This document shows, in pieces, positions 37,078 through 46,465 of a DNA stretch of 64,000 bases (position 1 is the first letter of the stretch; each line of letters starts with the position of its first letter). Source of the stretch: Patescibacteria group bacterium (GTDB lineage Bacteria > Patescibacteriota > Patescibacteriia > Patescibacteriales > UBA12465); contig JBAYIC010000001.1 in the NCBI GenBank assembly GCA_041665845.1, positions 9,531 through 73,530 on the forward strand, given 5' to 3'. The notes under the pieces were generated by a model that saw nothing but the letters and a program-made list of their open reading frames with translations, did no database searches and had not been told where the DNA came from. Position numbers and translations under genes: made by a program.

Positions 37078-38049
37078 ATGAAAAATTTAAATCCAGAAAA
37101 AATCAGAATTATTGCCACCATTATTCTTGTGGCATTGTTTATCAGCTGCATTATGTCATCCTGTACTAAAGAAGCGGATGACGAAATTTCAGCTCCAGTC
37201 GAGAAAGCAAAAATTTTCATGTCTATTCAACCGAGAAACAATGGGTTGAAATCAGGATCTATTGCAAGCTCCACAAAAACCGATGAAATTGCCGATGGCG
37301 ATACTGTAACTGTTCAAGACATTACCGATCTTTACGTTGTACTCGTAGCTGAAAATGAGTACGGGTTTAAATCAAACGGAACTTGGATTATCAACATGAT
37401 TGATAACGAGCTCTCAGATGAAGCCATTGATTTGTATCTCTTAGAGCAACCGAATGCTGCTGCCGATGGTAGTTCGATTGGAATACAACTATCGATGCTG
37501 GGTTTATACCGCGCAACTTTCAAACAAAAGTTCGGTGAAGAAAGGGTTTTCTTTATCAGGCATCTGGGGATGCCGGGAGATCCTAACCTGGGCGATGGTT
37601 ACCAAAATGGCTATGCATTCCGTTTAGAAAGAAACCTCTTCCAGTGGTATGGTACGAACTCTTCAGAAAGTAAGCTGAAAAAGGGCTATAGCCTATTCCT
37701 ACGTTATAATGTAGGAGAATTTGGTGACCAAAGCCAAAGCGATGTTGATCCAGGAAACGAAAAATATTTTCATGCGTTTATGTATGCTCAAAACCATGAC
37801 TATATTTTCAAATCTCCATTCAATTCGGGAGAGACAACAGTAAAAGGGAAAATATTCAAAGTAAAAAGATGCAAATATTCTCCGGAATATATTAGTTTTA
37901 CTTTTCTCGCGGAAGATATAGTTCCTTTCAACGGAATTTATGAAACGGAGTTTTACTCTGGAGAATATGAAAAATGGAGATGGGCTTTTAGATCGCTTCA
38001 AAATTCTAATTGGACAAGACGCGGAGTAATAGCTTTCCTTCCATTCTAA
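37078..38049 (+). CDS. putative lipoprotein, unknown family
   Basis: 323 aa. The signal peptide carries lipobox-like LFISC/MSSC followed by TKEADDE. The remainder looks soluble and beta-rich. Confidence 0.6.
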   Translation: MKNLNPEKIRIIATIILVALFISCIMSSCTKEADDEISAPVEKAKIFMSIQPRNNGLKSGSIASSTKTDEIADGDTVTVQDITDLYVVLVAENEYGFKSNGTWIINMIDNELSDEAIDLYLLEQPNAAADGSSIGIQLSMLGLYRATFKQKFGEERVFFIRHLGMPGDPNLGDGYQNGYAFRLERNLFQWYGTNSSESKLKKGYSLFLRYNVGEFGDQSQSDVDPGNEKYFHAFMYAQNHDYIFKSPFNSGETTVKGKIFKVKRCKYSPEYISFTFLAEDIVPFNGIYETEFYSGEYEKWRWAFRSLQNSNWTRRGVIAFLPF

Positions 38050-38123
38050 TCTAAATGATTAAATTACTAGCGTTCTAAAACGAACGCCAAAACACAGAAT
38101 ACAAAATTAAACAACAAAACAAA

Positions 38124-38157
38124 AGACCCGAGTCTAACCAGCCCGGGTCTCTTTTTA
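38124..38157. terminator. bidirectional rho-independent terminator
   Basis: Stem AGACCCG (38124-38130) pairs with CGGGTCT (38144-38150). A T-run follows on the + strand and an A-rich run precedes it, so it serves both convergent units. Confidence 0.65.
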
Positions 38158-38171
38158 TTTAAAATAATATT

Positions 38172-38711
38172 TTAACAAGAAATATTATAAACCCACCCTG
38201 GTTGCCAAGCTTTTGTATTTCTCCAATCTTCTCTTAAAGCTTGTTCCCAAGTCTTTCCGTTTAATACTACTTCAAGAGCTAATTGCGGAGCTTTATGCGC
38301 CATAATGGCAACAAATTTATCATTATGTTCTTTCTTTAAATACTCAATGAAATCTCTAATTCTTTCTTCAACATCTTTCATACTTTCACCATTTGGAAAT
38401 GGGATTTCAATATGCTCATTATAATTTACCAACTCCTCGCTTGCTTGAGTTAAATCTCCATAATTACATTCTCTTAATCTTTTATCCTGAACGATGGAGT
38501 AACCCTCAAAACCTAAATTAGCGGAATCGATCGCTCTTTTTAAATCTGAACAAAACATCAGTTCAAAATCTTTATCTTTAATTTTATCTTTCAAATCTTT
38601 TGCTTGCCTAATTCCTAATCCTGATAATTCTCCGCCTATCCAACCGGTAGATTTTCCAGCCTCATTATCAATTGTTGTCCCATGAACAAAATAAATAATT
38701 TTTATACTCAT
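38172..38711 (-). CDS. histidine phosphatase family protein (phosphoglycerate mutase-like)
   Basis: 179 aa. IYFVHGTTIDN ... SDLKRA ... MAHKAP pattern. Confidence 0.65.
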   Translation of the reverse strand: MSIKIIYFVHGTTIDNEAGKSTGWIGGELSGLGIRQAKDLKDKIKDKDFELMFCSDLKRAIDSANLGFEGYSIVQDKRLRECNYGDLTQASEELVNYNEHIEIPFPNGESMKDVEERIRDFIEYLKKEHNDKFVAIMAHKAPQLALEVVLNGKTWEQALREDWRNTKAWQPGWVYNISC

Positions 38712-38712
38712 A

Positions 38713-39618
38713 CTAAATTAAATTAATGGGCTTCCCTTTTAAATATGCTTCTACGTTATCAATCATCATTTGATGACCAACCTTATTAGAAACTTCGGTA
38801 TTATGAGCAATGTGAGGAGTAGCTAAAATTTGAGGATGGCTAATTAACCGCTTGTAAAAAGGGTCATCTGTATTTCCTAAATTCATTGTCCCGTCATCTA
38901 TCGCCGCTTTTAATAATATTCCTTTATCTAACGCGCCTAACATCGCTTCTAAATCGTAAATCTCATGATTAGTAATCGAGATAAAAAATGAGCCCTTTTT
39001 AAGTGAAGTAAAAAAAGTCTTATCCAATAAATTTATCGTACTTTTATTAGTACTTAAACAATTAATTATAATATCTTGATCTACTATTTTTTTGATTAAA
39101 TCATCTCCCTTGTCAAAAAAATCTACCTTCATTTTTAATGAATTACAAATTTCACCAACCCGAGTTCCAACATTCCCTCTTCCTAAGATTAAGACTTTTT
39201 TTTCAACTAGTCCTAATGTTTGCGGAGGCATTTTCCCTTGAGGAAGCTTCTTATTATTGATAAAAAACGGCAGATCTCTAAGCAAATTAATCATCATTCC
39301 AATCACCCATTCTGAAACCGCGTCTTTATTACATCCCGGACTATTAGAAACTTTAATATTATTTTTATTTAAAATTTCTTTATTTAAATAAGAGACCCCA
39401 ACCAAAGGTAGGGATATAAAAACGTTTTTTAATTCTTGATACTTATCTCTTAGGCCTGGTATGCCGCTGCAAATAATATCTGCTCCCTGACAACGACTTA
39501 ACCATACGTCGCCTGATTCAGGCCTATCATTAAAAAAAGTAACTTCACCGAGCAATTTTAATCGTTTTATATCTTCAGGAGATAATCCTAAATCATGAGT
39601 AACAACTATTTTGGGCAT
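38713..39618 (-). CDS. D-isomer-specific 2-hydroxyacid dehydrogenase family protein
   Basis: NAD fold ILGRGNVGTRVG and a catalytic-region TPHIAHNT. Confidence 0.8.
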   Translation of the reverse strand: MPKIVVTHDLGLSPEDIKRLKLLGEVTFFNDRPESGDVWLSRCQGADIICSGIPGLRDKYQELKNVFISLPLVGVSYLNKEILNKNNIKVSNSPGCNKDAVSEWVIGMMINLLRDLPFFINNKKLPQGKMPPQTLGLVEKKVLILGRGNVGTRVGEICNSLKMKVDFFDKGDDLIKKIVDQDIIINCLSTNKSTINLLDKTFFTSLKKGSFFISITNHEIYDLEAMLGALDKGILLKAAIDDGTMNLGNTDDPFYKRLISHPQILATPHIAHNTEVSNKVGHQMMIDNVEAYLKGKPINLI

Positions 39619-39640
39619 AATAAATATATTCCTACTAACT

Positions 39641-40237
39641 TTACCCCGCTATTAATTTAAATAAAAAATTAACCGGGCCGCTAATAACTTGACCAAACAA
39701 CATGATTACAAAAATAACTAAAATAAATCCGAATCTTTCCATACTTAAATATTTTTCCCGCAAAGGCTCGGGTAAAAAAACGGCTAATACTTTAGAACCA
39801 TCAAGCGGCGGAAGTGGTAGTAAATTAAAGACTGCTAAAAGTAAATTGATATAGATTATTATCCCAATTAAACCAGAAAAAGTTAAACTAATTAGCGGTA
39901 AAAATTTTAAGCATAAACCAAAAGCGACGGCAATCGCTAAATTACCCAACGGCCCTGCTAAAGCAACTCTAGCTTCTCCATATTTTTTATCTCTTAAATT
40001 ATGGGGATTATAAGGAACTGGTTTCGCCCAAGCGATGAGAAATGGCATCCGCGATACAACCATCATTAAAGGCAAGAAAAAAGACCCAAACCATTCTAAA
40101 TGAGCAAGCGGGTTTATCGTTAACCTACCGGCGTCTTTAGCGGTATTATCGCCCAATCGATGCGCCATAAAACCATGTAAATACTCATGGATTACAGCGG
40201 AAAAAATTAAAACTATTATTTGAAATACTTCTATCAT
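39641..40237 (-). CDS. site-2 protease family (M50) zinc metalloprotease
   Basis: HEYLHGFMAH (HExxH) and NLLPLPPLDG. Multi-TM. Confidence 0.85.
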   Translation of the reverse strand: MIEVFQIIVLIFSAVIHEYLHGFMAHRLGDNTAKDAGRLTINPLAHLEWFGSFFLPLMMVVSRMPFLIAWAKPVPYNPHNLRDKKYGEARVALAGPLGNLAIAVAFGLCLKFLPLISLTFSGLIGIIIYINLLLAVFNLLPLPPLDGSKVLAVFLPEPLREKYLSMERFGFILVIFVIMLFGQVISGPVNFLFKLIAG

Positions 40238-40316
40238 ATACGAAATTATAACATAACTTGATTAATTTTAAAAATGCTGGTAGAATAAAACCATTAAAAT
40301 AAGCAAATAAACCAAT

Positions 40317-40589
40317 ATGGCAAAAAAATGTGACTTATGCGGACGTAGCTCAACTAAAGGCGCTAGTCGTTCTCATTCTAAAATTAAAACCTTAAAGAGA
40401 CAAAATATCAACTTGCAGAGCAAGGTTCTTGAAGGCGTTAAAGCTAAGGTCTGCACTTCTTGCATGAGAACTATGGCTAAACCTAAACGTGTAAAAACTC
40501 CAAGAAAACCGGCGCTTAAAGTTGGTGAAACAGCTACTATTAGAAAGACTGGTAAAAAGGTAGTTAAAGTTGCTAAAGCAAAAAAATAA
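40317..40589 (+). CDS. rpmB: 50S ribosomal protein L28 (zinc form, Lys-rich C-terminal tail)
   Basis: MAKKCDLCGR ... SHS ... CTSC. Confidence 0.88.
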   Translation: MAKKCDLCGRSSTKGASRSHSKIKTLKRQNINLQSKVLEGVKAKVCTSCMRTMAKPKRVKTPRKPALKVGETATIRKTGKKVVKVAKAKK

Positions 40590-40613
40590 TTTCTCTTAAA
40601 TTTTAAAACTTAA

Positions 40614-40637
40614 AAATCCGCTACACAGCGGATTTTT
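40614..40637 (+). terminator. rho-independent terminator after rpmB (overlaps the comEC stop)
   Basis: AAATCCGCT (40614-40622) pairs with AGCGGATTT (40627-40635) around loop ACAC, followed by a T-run. Confidence 0.6.
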
Positions 40638-41994
40638 GTTTGTTTTGTTGATGATGTAAAAAATAGACAAAAATAATTAATCCTAAATAATAAACGACTG
40701 CATCTAAATAACCAAAATTATTAATCTCAATTGCCGCCCAGCTGGGTGCGGCAAAAAATCGTGCGGCTGAAAAAATAAATTTAAGGATAAAATAAGTGGG
40801 CGCGAAGAACCAAGCTCCTAAAAATGGAAAAATCACCGCTGGAACAAGTGGAATAATAAGCGCCGCGAGTAAAAACGGAAATACCCAAATCACAACTGGA
40901 TTAGCGATAAAAGAAATAATAGAAAATTGATGGAAGTTGATTAACATAATTGGCGTTACCATTAATTGGCAAGCGAGAGTTAAACTAAAAATATCCCAGT
41001 TAGCAAGAATAATTTTACGATGCCAACCATAAAATTTCTTTTTTATTTTGTTTCTTATCGATTCAAAACAGGGATAGATATAAATTATTCCGATTACCGC
41101 CGCAAAAGAAAGTTGAAAACCAATATCGTCTCTGAGAAGGCGTGGATTTACGATAAGCATCAAGGAAGCTGAGAAGACCAAAGCTTTAGTAATCGCCGCT
41201 AAGCGGCCATAATATAAGGCAATAAAGACTAATCCGCCCATTACCGCTGACCTAACGGCCGAAGCGCTTAATCCCGTAATTAAAGGATAAATAAACAAAA
41301 AAATAAAAACTATTTTTAGAGCTAAACGACGACTTAGTCCAAGAAAAAGCGTAAAGCTTAAAATCATGACGCTTAAAATTGTAATATGCGAACCAGAAAT
41401 TGCAATTAGATGACTAAGTCCCGTGCGAGAAAAGGTGGCCGCATCCTCCTTACTAATTGTGCGACGATAGCCAAGAAGCAAGGCATCAGCTAAACCCGCC
41501 TCGGGCTCGGGTAATGATTTATCAATAATGAGTTTAATTTTCCATTTTAATTTTAAAAGAGCGAGATAAGCTTTTTGCGAAATAGGAAGAGCTCCCTTTT
41601 CTGAATTTATTTTTGGATAATATATTACAGAATAAATATCGTAACGGGCTAAATAACGGCCATAATCGAAACCGTTAAATTCTTCTGGTGCCTTTAACAA
41701 GCCGCTAATTTTTAAATAATCGCCATAGTTATACTCAGGATAAAGATTTGTAGTTACGAGAACTCGACTCCCAGCGCAGACCGTTAAACGTTGACTTTTG
41801 TAATCAACATCCGCTTCTTCACAAACTCGGCCAATAAATTCTATCTGTTGATTATTATAACGCGCTAAACTCTCTTCCTCGAAAGTAGCAACAAAGGCTT
41901 GTTTGTTTAGGCCTTTAAAAAATATAAAAGCAATGAATATTAAATTACAATAAAAGAATATTTGAGCTGGAGTTAACTTAATTTTTTTAAACAT
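40621..41994 (-). CDS. comEC: ComEC/Rec2-family competence channel (membrane core only)
   Basis: TGLSHLIAISGSHITIL plus many TM helices. At 457 aa it has no beta-lactamase-fold domain. Confidence 0.8.
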   Translation of the reverse strand: MFKKIKLTPAQIFFYCNLIFIAFIFFKGLNKQAFVATFEEESLARYNNQQIEFIGRVCEEADVDYKSQRLTVCAGSRVLVTTNLYPEYNYGDYLKISGLLKAPEEFNGFDYGRYLARYDIYSVIYYPKINSEKGALPISQKAYLALLKLKWKIKLIIDKSLPEPEAGLADALLLGYRRTISKEDAATFSRTGLSHLIAISGSHITILSVMILSFTLFLGLSRRLALKIVFIFLFIYPLITGLSASAVRSAVMGGLVFIALYYGRLAAITKALVFSASLMLIVNPRLLRDDIGFQLSFAAVIGIIYIYPCFESIRNKIKKKFYGWHRKIILANWDIFSLTLACQLMVTPIMLINFHQFSIISFIANPVVIWVFPFLLAALIIPLVPAVIFPFLGAWFFAPTYFILKFIFSAARFFAAPSWAAIEINNFGYLDAVVYYLGLIIFVYFLHHQQNKQKSAV

Positions 41995-42049
41995 AAAATG
42001 CCATCATTATAATGACATTTTACAAACAACCCGATAAATTTGAGCTAAA

Positions 42050-43144
42050 CTATTTCTTTAAGAATCTTAAATACGCTTCAATAAATTGCTCTAAATCACC
42101 ATCTAAAACATTTTCTACATTTGAGGTTTCGTATTCACTGCGATGGTCTTTTACTAATTTATTTCCATACAAAAAATATGATCTAATTTGTTTCCCCCAC
42201 TCTGCTTTTTGGACTCCACCTTTTAATTTCTTTTCTTCCGCTTCCCTTTCTTCCAAAAGTTTCAAATTTAATTTTGCTCGCAATATTTTAAAAGCATTTT
42301 CTTTATTTTGATGTTGAGACCTTTCAGTTTGGCAAGTAACGGTAATATTCGTTGAAAGGTGAACGATGCGCACGGCGGAATCGGTAGTATTAACACTCTG
42401 TCCGCCCGGACCGCTAGAACGATAGACATCGATTCTTATATCTTCATCTTTTATTACTACTCCGCCCCCATCAGAAATTTCCGGGATTACTTCAACTAAA
42501 GCAAAAGAGGTTTGGCGAAGTCCATCAGCATTAAAAGGTGAATTACGCAGCAAACGATGAACGCCGTTTTCACTTTTTAAATATCCATAGGCATAAGAGC
42601 CGGTAATTCTTAAATCAACGCTTTTTAGCCCCGCTTCATTACCGTAACTCTTATCTAAAATCTCCGCCTTAAATTCTTTCCGTTCACAAAAACGAAAATA
42701 CATTCTCTCTAACATCTGAGCCCAATCCTGAGCGTCAACACCGCCCGTACCGGCATGAATAGACAAAATAACGTTATCTTTATCGTATGGGCCAGAAAAG
42801 AGCGAGAGAAACTCTAATTGAGAGAATTCTTTTTCTAGATCATCGGCCTTTTTTTCTAATTCCTGAGTTAAGTCATCATTTGCTTCTTGCTTTGCTAAAT
42901 CAGCCATCTCCATAGCGTCTTTAATTTCATCTTCAATGCTTAACCACTTTTTAGTCTCTCCGGACAATTCCTCAACTTCTTGGCTAATTTTAACAGCCTC
43001 CTCTCGGTTGTTCCAGATATCGGGTTCAGACATTTTCAGACGCAGTTTATTTGCTTTAATAATCTTTTGTTCAATATTTAAAAGCACTTTCACTCGTAAA
43101 AGCCGCTCTTTCAATTCTTTTAGTTTTTCTATGATATTTTCCAT
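42050..43144 (-). CDS. prfB: peptide chain release factor 2 (uninterrupted ORF)
   Basis: SPF tripeptide (RNSPFNA) and GGQ (SGPGGQSVNTTDSAVR). 364 aa with no in-frame stop. Confidence 0.93.
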   Translation of the reverse strand: MENIIEKLKELKERLLRVKVLLNIEQKIIKANKLRLKMSEPDIWNNREEAVKISQEVEELSGETKKWLSIEDEIKDAMEMADLAKQEANDDLTQELEKKADDLEKEFSQLEFLSLFSGPYDKDNVILSIHAGTGGVDAQDWAQMLERMYFRFCERKEFKAEILDKSYGNEAGLKSVDLRITGSYAYGYLKSENGVHRLLRNSPFNADGLRQTSFALVEVIPEISDGGGVVIKDEDIRIDVYRSSGPGGQSVNTTDSAVRIVHLSTNITVTCQTERSQHQNKENAFKILRAKLNLKLLEEREAEEKKLKGGVQKAEWGKQIRSYFLYGNKLVKDHRSEYETSNVENVLDGDLEQFIEAYLRFLKK

Positions 43145-43212
43145 ATTATTCTAGTATCACACAGCTAAAACTTTCTTTAATAAATCTACTATAGCGGTAT
43201 AAGAGCAACACT

Positions 43213-43596
43213 CTAAGTTTGCGAACCAGCAAATCTTGGCAGCTGATAGCTGGGTGTACCTTTTGATAAACCATAGCTTATCATCTCTTCATAATCAGAT
43301 TTTTTACTGCGGTTCAATTTAAAAAATTTATTTTTAAAAATTACATAATGATATCTGTCATTACGATAATCAATATACCAACCGTGTTTTGATTCAAGCG
43401 CTCGACTTAATTCTTCAGCTAAATTATCAGCCTCGTCGTCTCCAACCTCAATAGTATCCAAGGTCCATTGAGTAAGCCAAGGAGTTTGATGTTTATCCAC
43501 AACCTTCGCTACTCGTGTAGCTATTACATTTAGTTTTTTAAGAATATCCTTGTTTTCCAAAGATTCCTCAATAATGTCACCTCGATAACTGTTCAT
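43213..43596 (-). CDS. hypothetical protein
   Basis: 127-aa ORF. No motif recognised. Confidence 0.5.
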   Translation of the reverse strand: MNSYRGDIIEESLENKDILKKLNVIATRVAKVVDKHQTPWLTQWTLDTIEVGDDEADNLAEELSRALESKHGWYIDYRNDRYHYVIFKNKFFKLNRSKKSDYEEMISYGLSKGTPSYQLPRFAGSQT

Positions 43597-43671
43597 ATAA
43601 ATATATTTACATCTTGTTATCTTTCCCTAGACTAGCTAAGTATATTAATATATTTACTAGTATAACAAAAA

Positions 43672-43694
43672 ACAGCGGCTAAATAAACCGCTGT
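43672..43694 (-). terminator. rho-independent terminator after rpsI
   Basis: Minus strand ACAGCGG-loop-CCGCTGT followed by TTTTTTG. Confidence 0.6.
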
Positions 43695-43711
43695 CTTTAT
43701 AAGTATAGAAA

Positions 43712-44209
43712 TTAACGTTTTGACCATTGTGGAGCTTTTCTCGCTTTTCTTAAACCCGGTTTTTTTCTTTCAACTTGTCTTGGGTCGCGAGTTAAGAAAC
43801 CATTAGCCTTCAAAGCGTCTTTAGTAGCTGGATCAAGAGCAAAAATAGCCCGGCTAATACCTAATTTTACGGCATCAACTTGACCAAATTTACCGCCGCC
43901 TCGAACAATAATAGAAAAATTATAATCACGGTGATGGCCGGTAACTTTAAGCGGTTGGACAATAATGTTTAAACCTTCGCCAGGAAAGTATTCAGCTGCC
44001 CGTTTTCCGTTAATCATGATAACGCCCTTGCCGCCTTCATATAAACGAACCTGAGCGGCCGCTTGTTTACGGCGTCCGACTGCTTTTATATATTTACCAG
44101 TGAATTCAGCGATTTCATTTTTCGCCCATTCTTTATCATCTTCGATAATATCTTCTGTAGCGGCCTCGAATTCATCTTCTCTGGTTTCTTTAATCTTTTT
44201 GTCTACCAT
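43712..44209 (-). CDS. rpsI: 30S ribosomal protein S9 (acidic N-terminal extension)
   Basis: GRRKQAAAQVRL ... GGGKFGQVDAVKLGISRA ... RKKPGLRKARKAPQWSKR. Confidence 0.95.
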   Translation of the reverse strand: MVDKKIKETREDEFEAATEDIIEDDKEWAKNEIAEFTGKYIKAVGRRKQAAAQVRLYEGGKGVIMINGKRAAEYFPGEGLNIIVQPLKVTGHHRDYNFSIIVRGGGKFGQVDAVKLGISRAIFALDPATKDALKANGFLTRDPRQVERKKPGLRKARKAPQWSKR

Positions 44210-44210
44210 A

Positions 44211-44567
44211 TTATTTTATTATTAATCTTTTGAGCATCCCGACTCGTAATTTAGTCGGAGGAAGCATTTCTCTAACCGCTCGCTTTAAAACATCGCCCGG
44301 ATCAAGAGCAAAAACCGAAGACATCTTTTTTGCTTTTAAGCCACCAATATACCCGGAAAAATGATAGTATTCTTTTTGATCAAGTTTTTTACCGGTAAAT
44401 TTCATCTTGGAAATATTTTTAACTTCAACAATATCCCCTAAGTCCATATGAGGTTGATATTCCGGTTTATTTTTTCCATGCAAAAGGTTTGCGATCTGAG
44501 TAGCTAAACGACCAACTGCTTGGCCTTCAGCGTCAAGCTGATGCAATTTTCTTTCAATATTTTTCAT
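44211..44567 (-). CDS. rplM: 50S ribosomal protein L13
   Basis: DAEGQAVGRLATQIANLLHGKNKPEY ... MLP. Confidence 0.9.
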   Translation of the reverse strand: MKNIERKLHQLDAEGQAVGRLATQIANLLHGKNKPEYQPHMDLGDIVEVKNISKMKFTGKKLDQKEYYHFSGYIGGLKAKKMSSVFALDPGDVLKRAVREMLPPTKLRVGMLKRLIIK

Positions 44568-44571
44568 ATTT

Positions 44572-44922
44572 TTATACTAATTCAATTTGAACCATTTCGG
44601 CACCATCACCTTGTCTAGTCCCTAATTTAACAATACGAGTATATCCTCCCGGACGTTCTTTATAGCGAACACCTAAGACATCAATTGTTTTTTTAATGGC
44701 ATTCTTTTGTAATAAAACTTTGATAAGTCCGCGGCGAGCAGCTAAATCTCCAGCTTTTGAAGCAGTAATCATTCTTTCTACAAGCGGACGAACAGCCTGC
44801 GCTTTAGCTTTAGTAGTCTTTATTTTTTCGTATAAAAGAAGACTGGATGCCATATTTCTTAACATCAGCTCACGTGGACCCTTTTCTCTGTCTAAAATTT
44901 TGTTTTTATTTCTGTGGCGCAT
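44572..44922 (-). CDS. rplQ: 50S ribosomal protein L17
   Basis: MRHRNK ... RPLVERMIT ... GGYTRIVKLG. Confidence 0.93.
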   Translation of the reverse strand: MRHRNKNKILDREKGPRELMLRNMASSLLLYEKIKTTKAKAQAVRPLVERMITASKAGDLAARRGLIKVLLQKNAIKKTIDVLGVRYKERPGGYTRIVKLGTRQGDGAEMVQIELV

Positions 44923-44972
44923 AATCTATCATCGATCAGCTTCCCGCTTAAAACGGAATAGCGTGCAAATTA

Positions 44973-45809
44973 TTATTTCTTTGGTTTTTTAGCTTTTTCC
45001 TTTTTTTCTTTTTTAGGCGCTTCAACTTCTTCGATTTCAGCCTCAACTACTTCTAACTCTTCGGGGCTTACCGGTTCCTCACTTTCAACTTTTACTTCCG
45101 CTCCCATGATTTCCTTACCGATGTTTTCCGGTAACAAAGCATTAAATTGTTCAACTAATATTTTTGTAGCTTCATTAAAAGCTTCTTCAGGAGTGATAGT
45201 TCCATCAGTTTTAACATCAAGGATTAATTTATCCCAGTTTGTCATTTTACCAACACGAGCACTATCTACCTTAATACTAACTTGAGTAACTGGAGAAAAA
45301 ATAGAATCAATTTCGATAAAACCGATTTCCTTATTTTCTTTTTTGCTACCTTCAGGCATCTTATAACCACGACCACCCTTAACTAATATTTCGGCATCAA
45401 GACTACCAGCTTCATCAGTGATATTAGCAATAACTAATTCAGGATTTTTTATTTCTAATTGGCTATTCTTTACAATATCCCCAGCGGTAACGACTTTTTT
45501 ACCTTTAACTTTAAGCTCAAGGCGAATTTCTTCCTCGGTAAAGACTTTAAATCTTACTTGTTTCAAATTCAAAATCATTTCCAAAACATCTTCTTTGATA
45601 TGAGGTAAAGCCATAAATTCATGGCTTGCACCTTTTATCTTGACGCCGATAACAGCTGCTCCTGGTAAAGAAGATAATAAAACACGACGTAAGGAATTTC
45701 CTAATGTCATGCCATAGCCAGGAAATAAAGGCTCGACGGTAATAACCCCTTCATTGGGATTGCCAACTGATTTAAAATCAATTTTTTTAGGGTTAGCAAT
45801 GTTTTGCAT
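44973..45809 (-). CDS. rpoA: RNA polymerase alpha subunit, N-terminal domain only plus acidic/Lys tail
   Basis: GMTLGNSLRRVLLSSLPGAAV ... an NTD of about 230 aa. The last ~50 aa are low complexity (EELEVVEAEIEEVEAPKKEKKEKAKKPKK). Confidence 0.9.
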   Translation of the reverse strand: MQNIANPKKIDFKSVGNPNEGVITVEPLFPGYGMTLGNSLRRVLLSSLPGAAVIGVKIKGASHEFMALPHIKEDVLEMILNLKQVRFKVFTEEEIRLELKVKGKKVVTAGDIVKNSQLEIKNPELVIANITDEAGSLDAEILVKGGRGYKMPEGSKKENKEIGFIEIDSIFSPVTQVSIKVDSARVGKMTNWDKLILDVKTDGTITPEEAFNEATKILVEQFNALLPENIGKEIMGAEVKVESEEPVSPEELEVVEAEIEEVEAPKKEKKEKAKKPKK

Positions 45810-45818
45810 ATTATTTTT

Positions 45819-46448
45819 TTATTTTGAATAATACTCAATAATCATTTGAACGTTGATGCTTTGTGGAAGGTCTAAATCTTTAGGTTCATGTAAAACCTTA
45901 CCTGATTTATCAGTCGCTGTGAAATCTAACCAACTTGGTCTTTCCGCCTTAGCTAATCTCTCACTTACATTTCTGAAATAAGGGCTATTTTGACTGCTCT
46001 TTCTGATTTTAATCACTTGACCCAATTTAACGGTAAATGAAGCAATATCAGTCTTACGATCATTAACGGTAAAATGTCCATGATTAACTAATTGTCTAGC
46101 TTGAGCGCGTGAAGTAGCAAAGCCTAAACGGAAAACAACGTTATCTAAACGAGACTCTAATAATCTTAAAAAATTCTTTCCGGCATCACCTTGTTTTTTA
46201 GCAGCTTTCTCGAAAGTTAAACGGAATTGCTTTTCAGCTACACCGTAATATTTCTTCGCTTTTTGCTTTTCTGCTAATTGAGTTCCGAAATCGCTTAAAC
46301 GCTTACGACCCTTTTGACCATGAACACCAGGAATATAATTACGCTTAACCATCGCGCACTTAGGTCCTAAACATCTTTCGCCTTTTAGAAACAACTTCTC
46401 ACCGATACGACGACATTGTTTACATTTATTATCAATATTTCTTCCCAT
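45819..46448 (-). CDS. rpsD: 30S ribosomal protein S4
   Basis: CKQCRRIGEKLFLKGERC ... RLDNVVFRLGFATSRAQARQLVNHGH. Confidence 0.95.
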   Translation of the reverse strand: MGRNIDNKCKQCRRIGEKLFLKGERCLGPKCAMVKRNYIPGVHGQKGRKRLSDFGTQLAEKQKAKKYYGVAEKQFRLTFEKAAKKQGDAGKNFLRLLESRLDNVVFRLGFATSRAQARQLVNHGHFTVNDRKTDIASFTVKLGQVIKIRKSSQNSPYFRNVSERLAKAERPSWLDFTATDKSGKVLHEPKDLDLPQSINVQMIIEYYSK

Positions 46449-46465
46449 ATTATATTTTGATTATT

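Noticed and set aside
37002-38001. Minus-strand ORFs 37002..37220, 37332..37523 and 37699..38001 lie inside the plus-strand cassette.
   Set aside because: They are antisense to the two plus-strand ORFs, which have a consensus promoter, a signal peptide and a terminator. Their translations are hydrophobic or low-complexity shadows.
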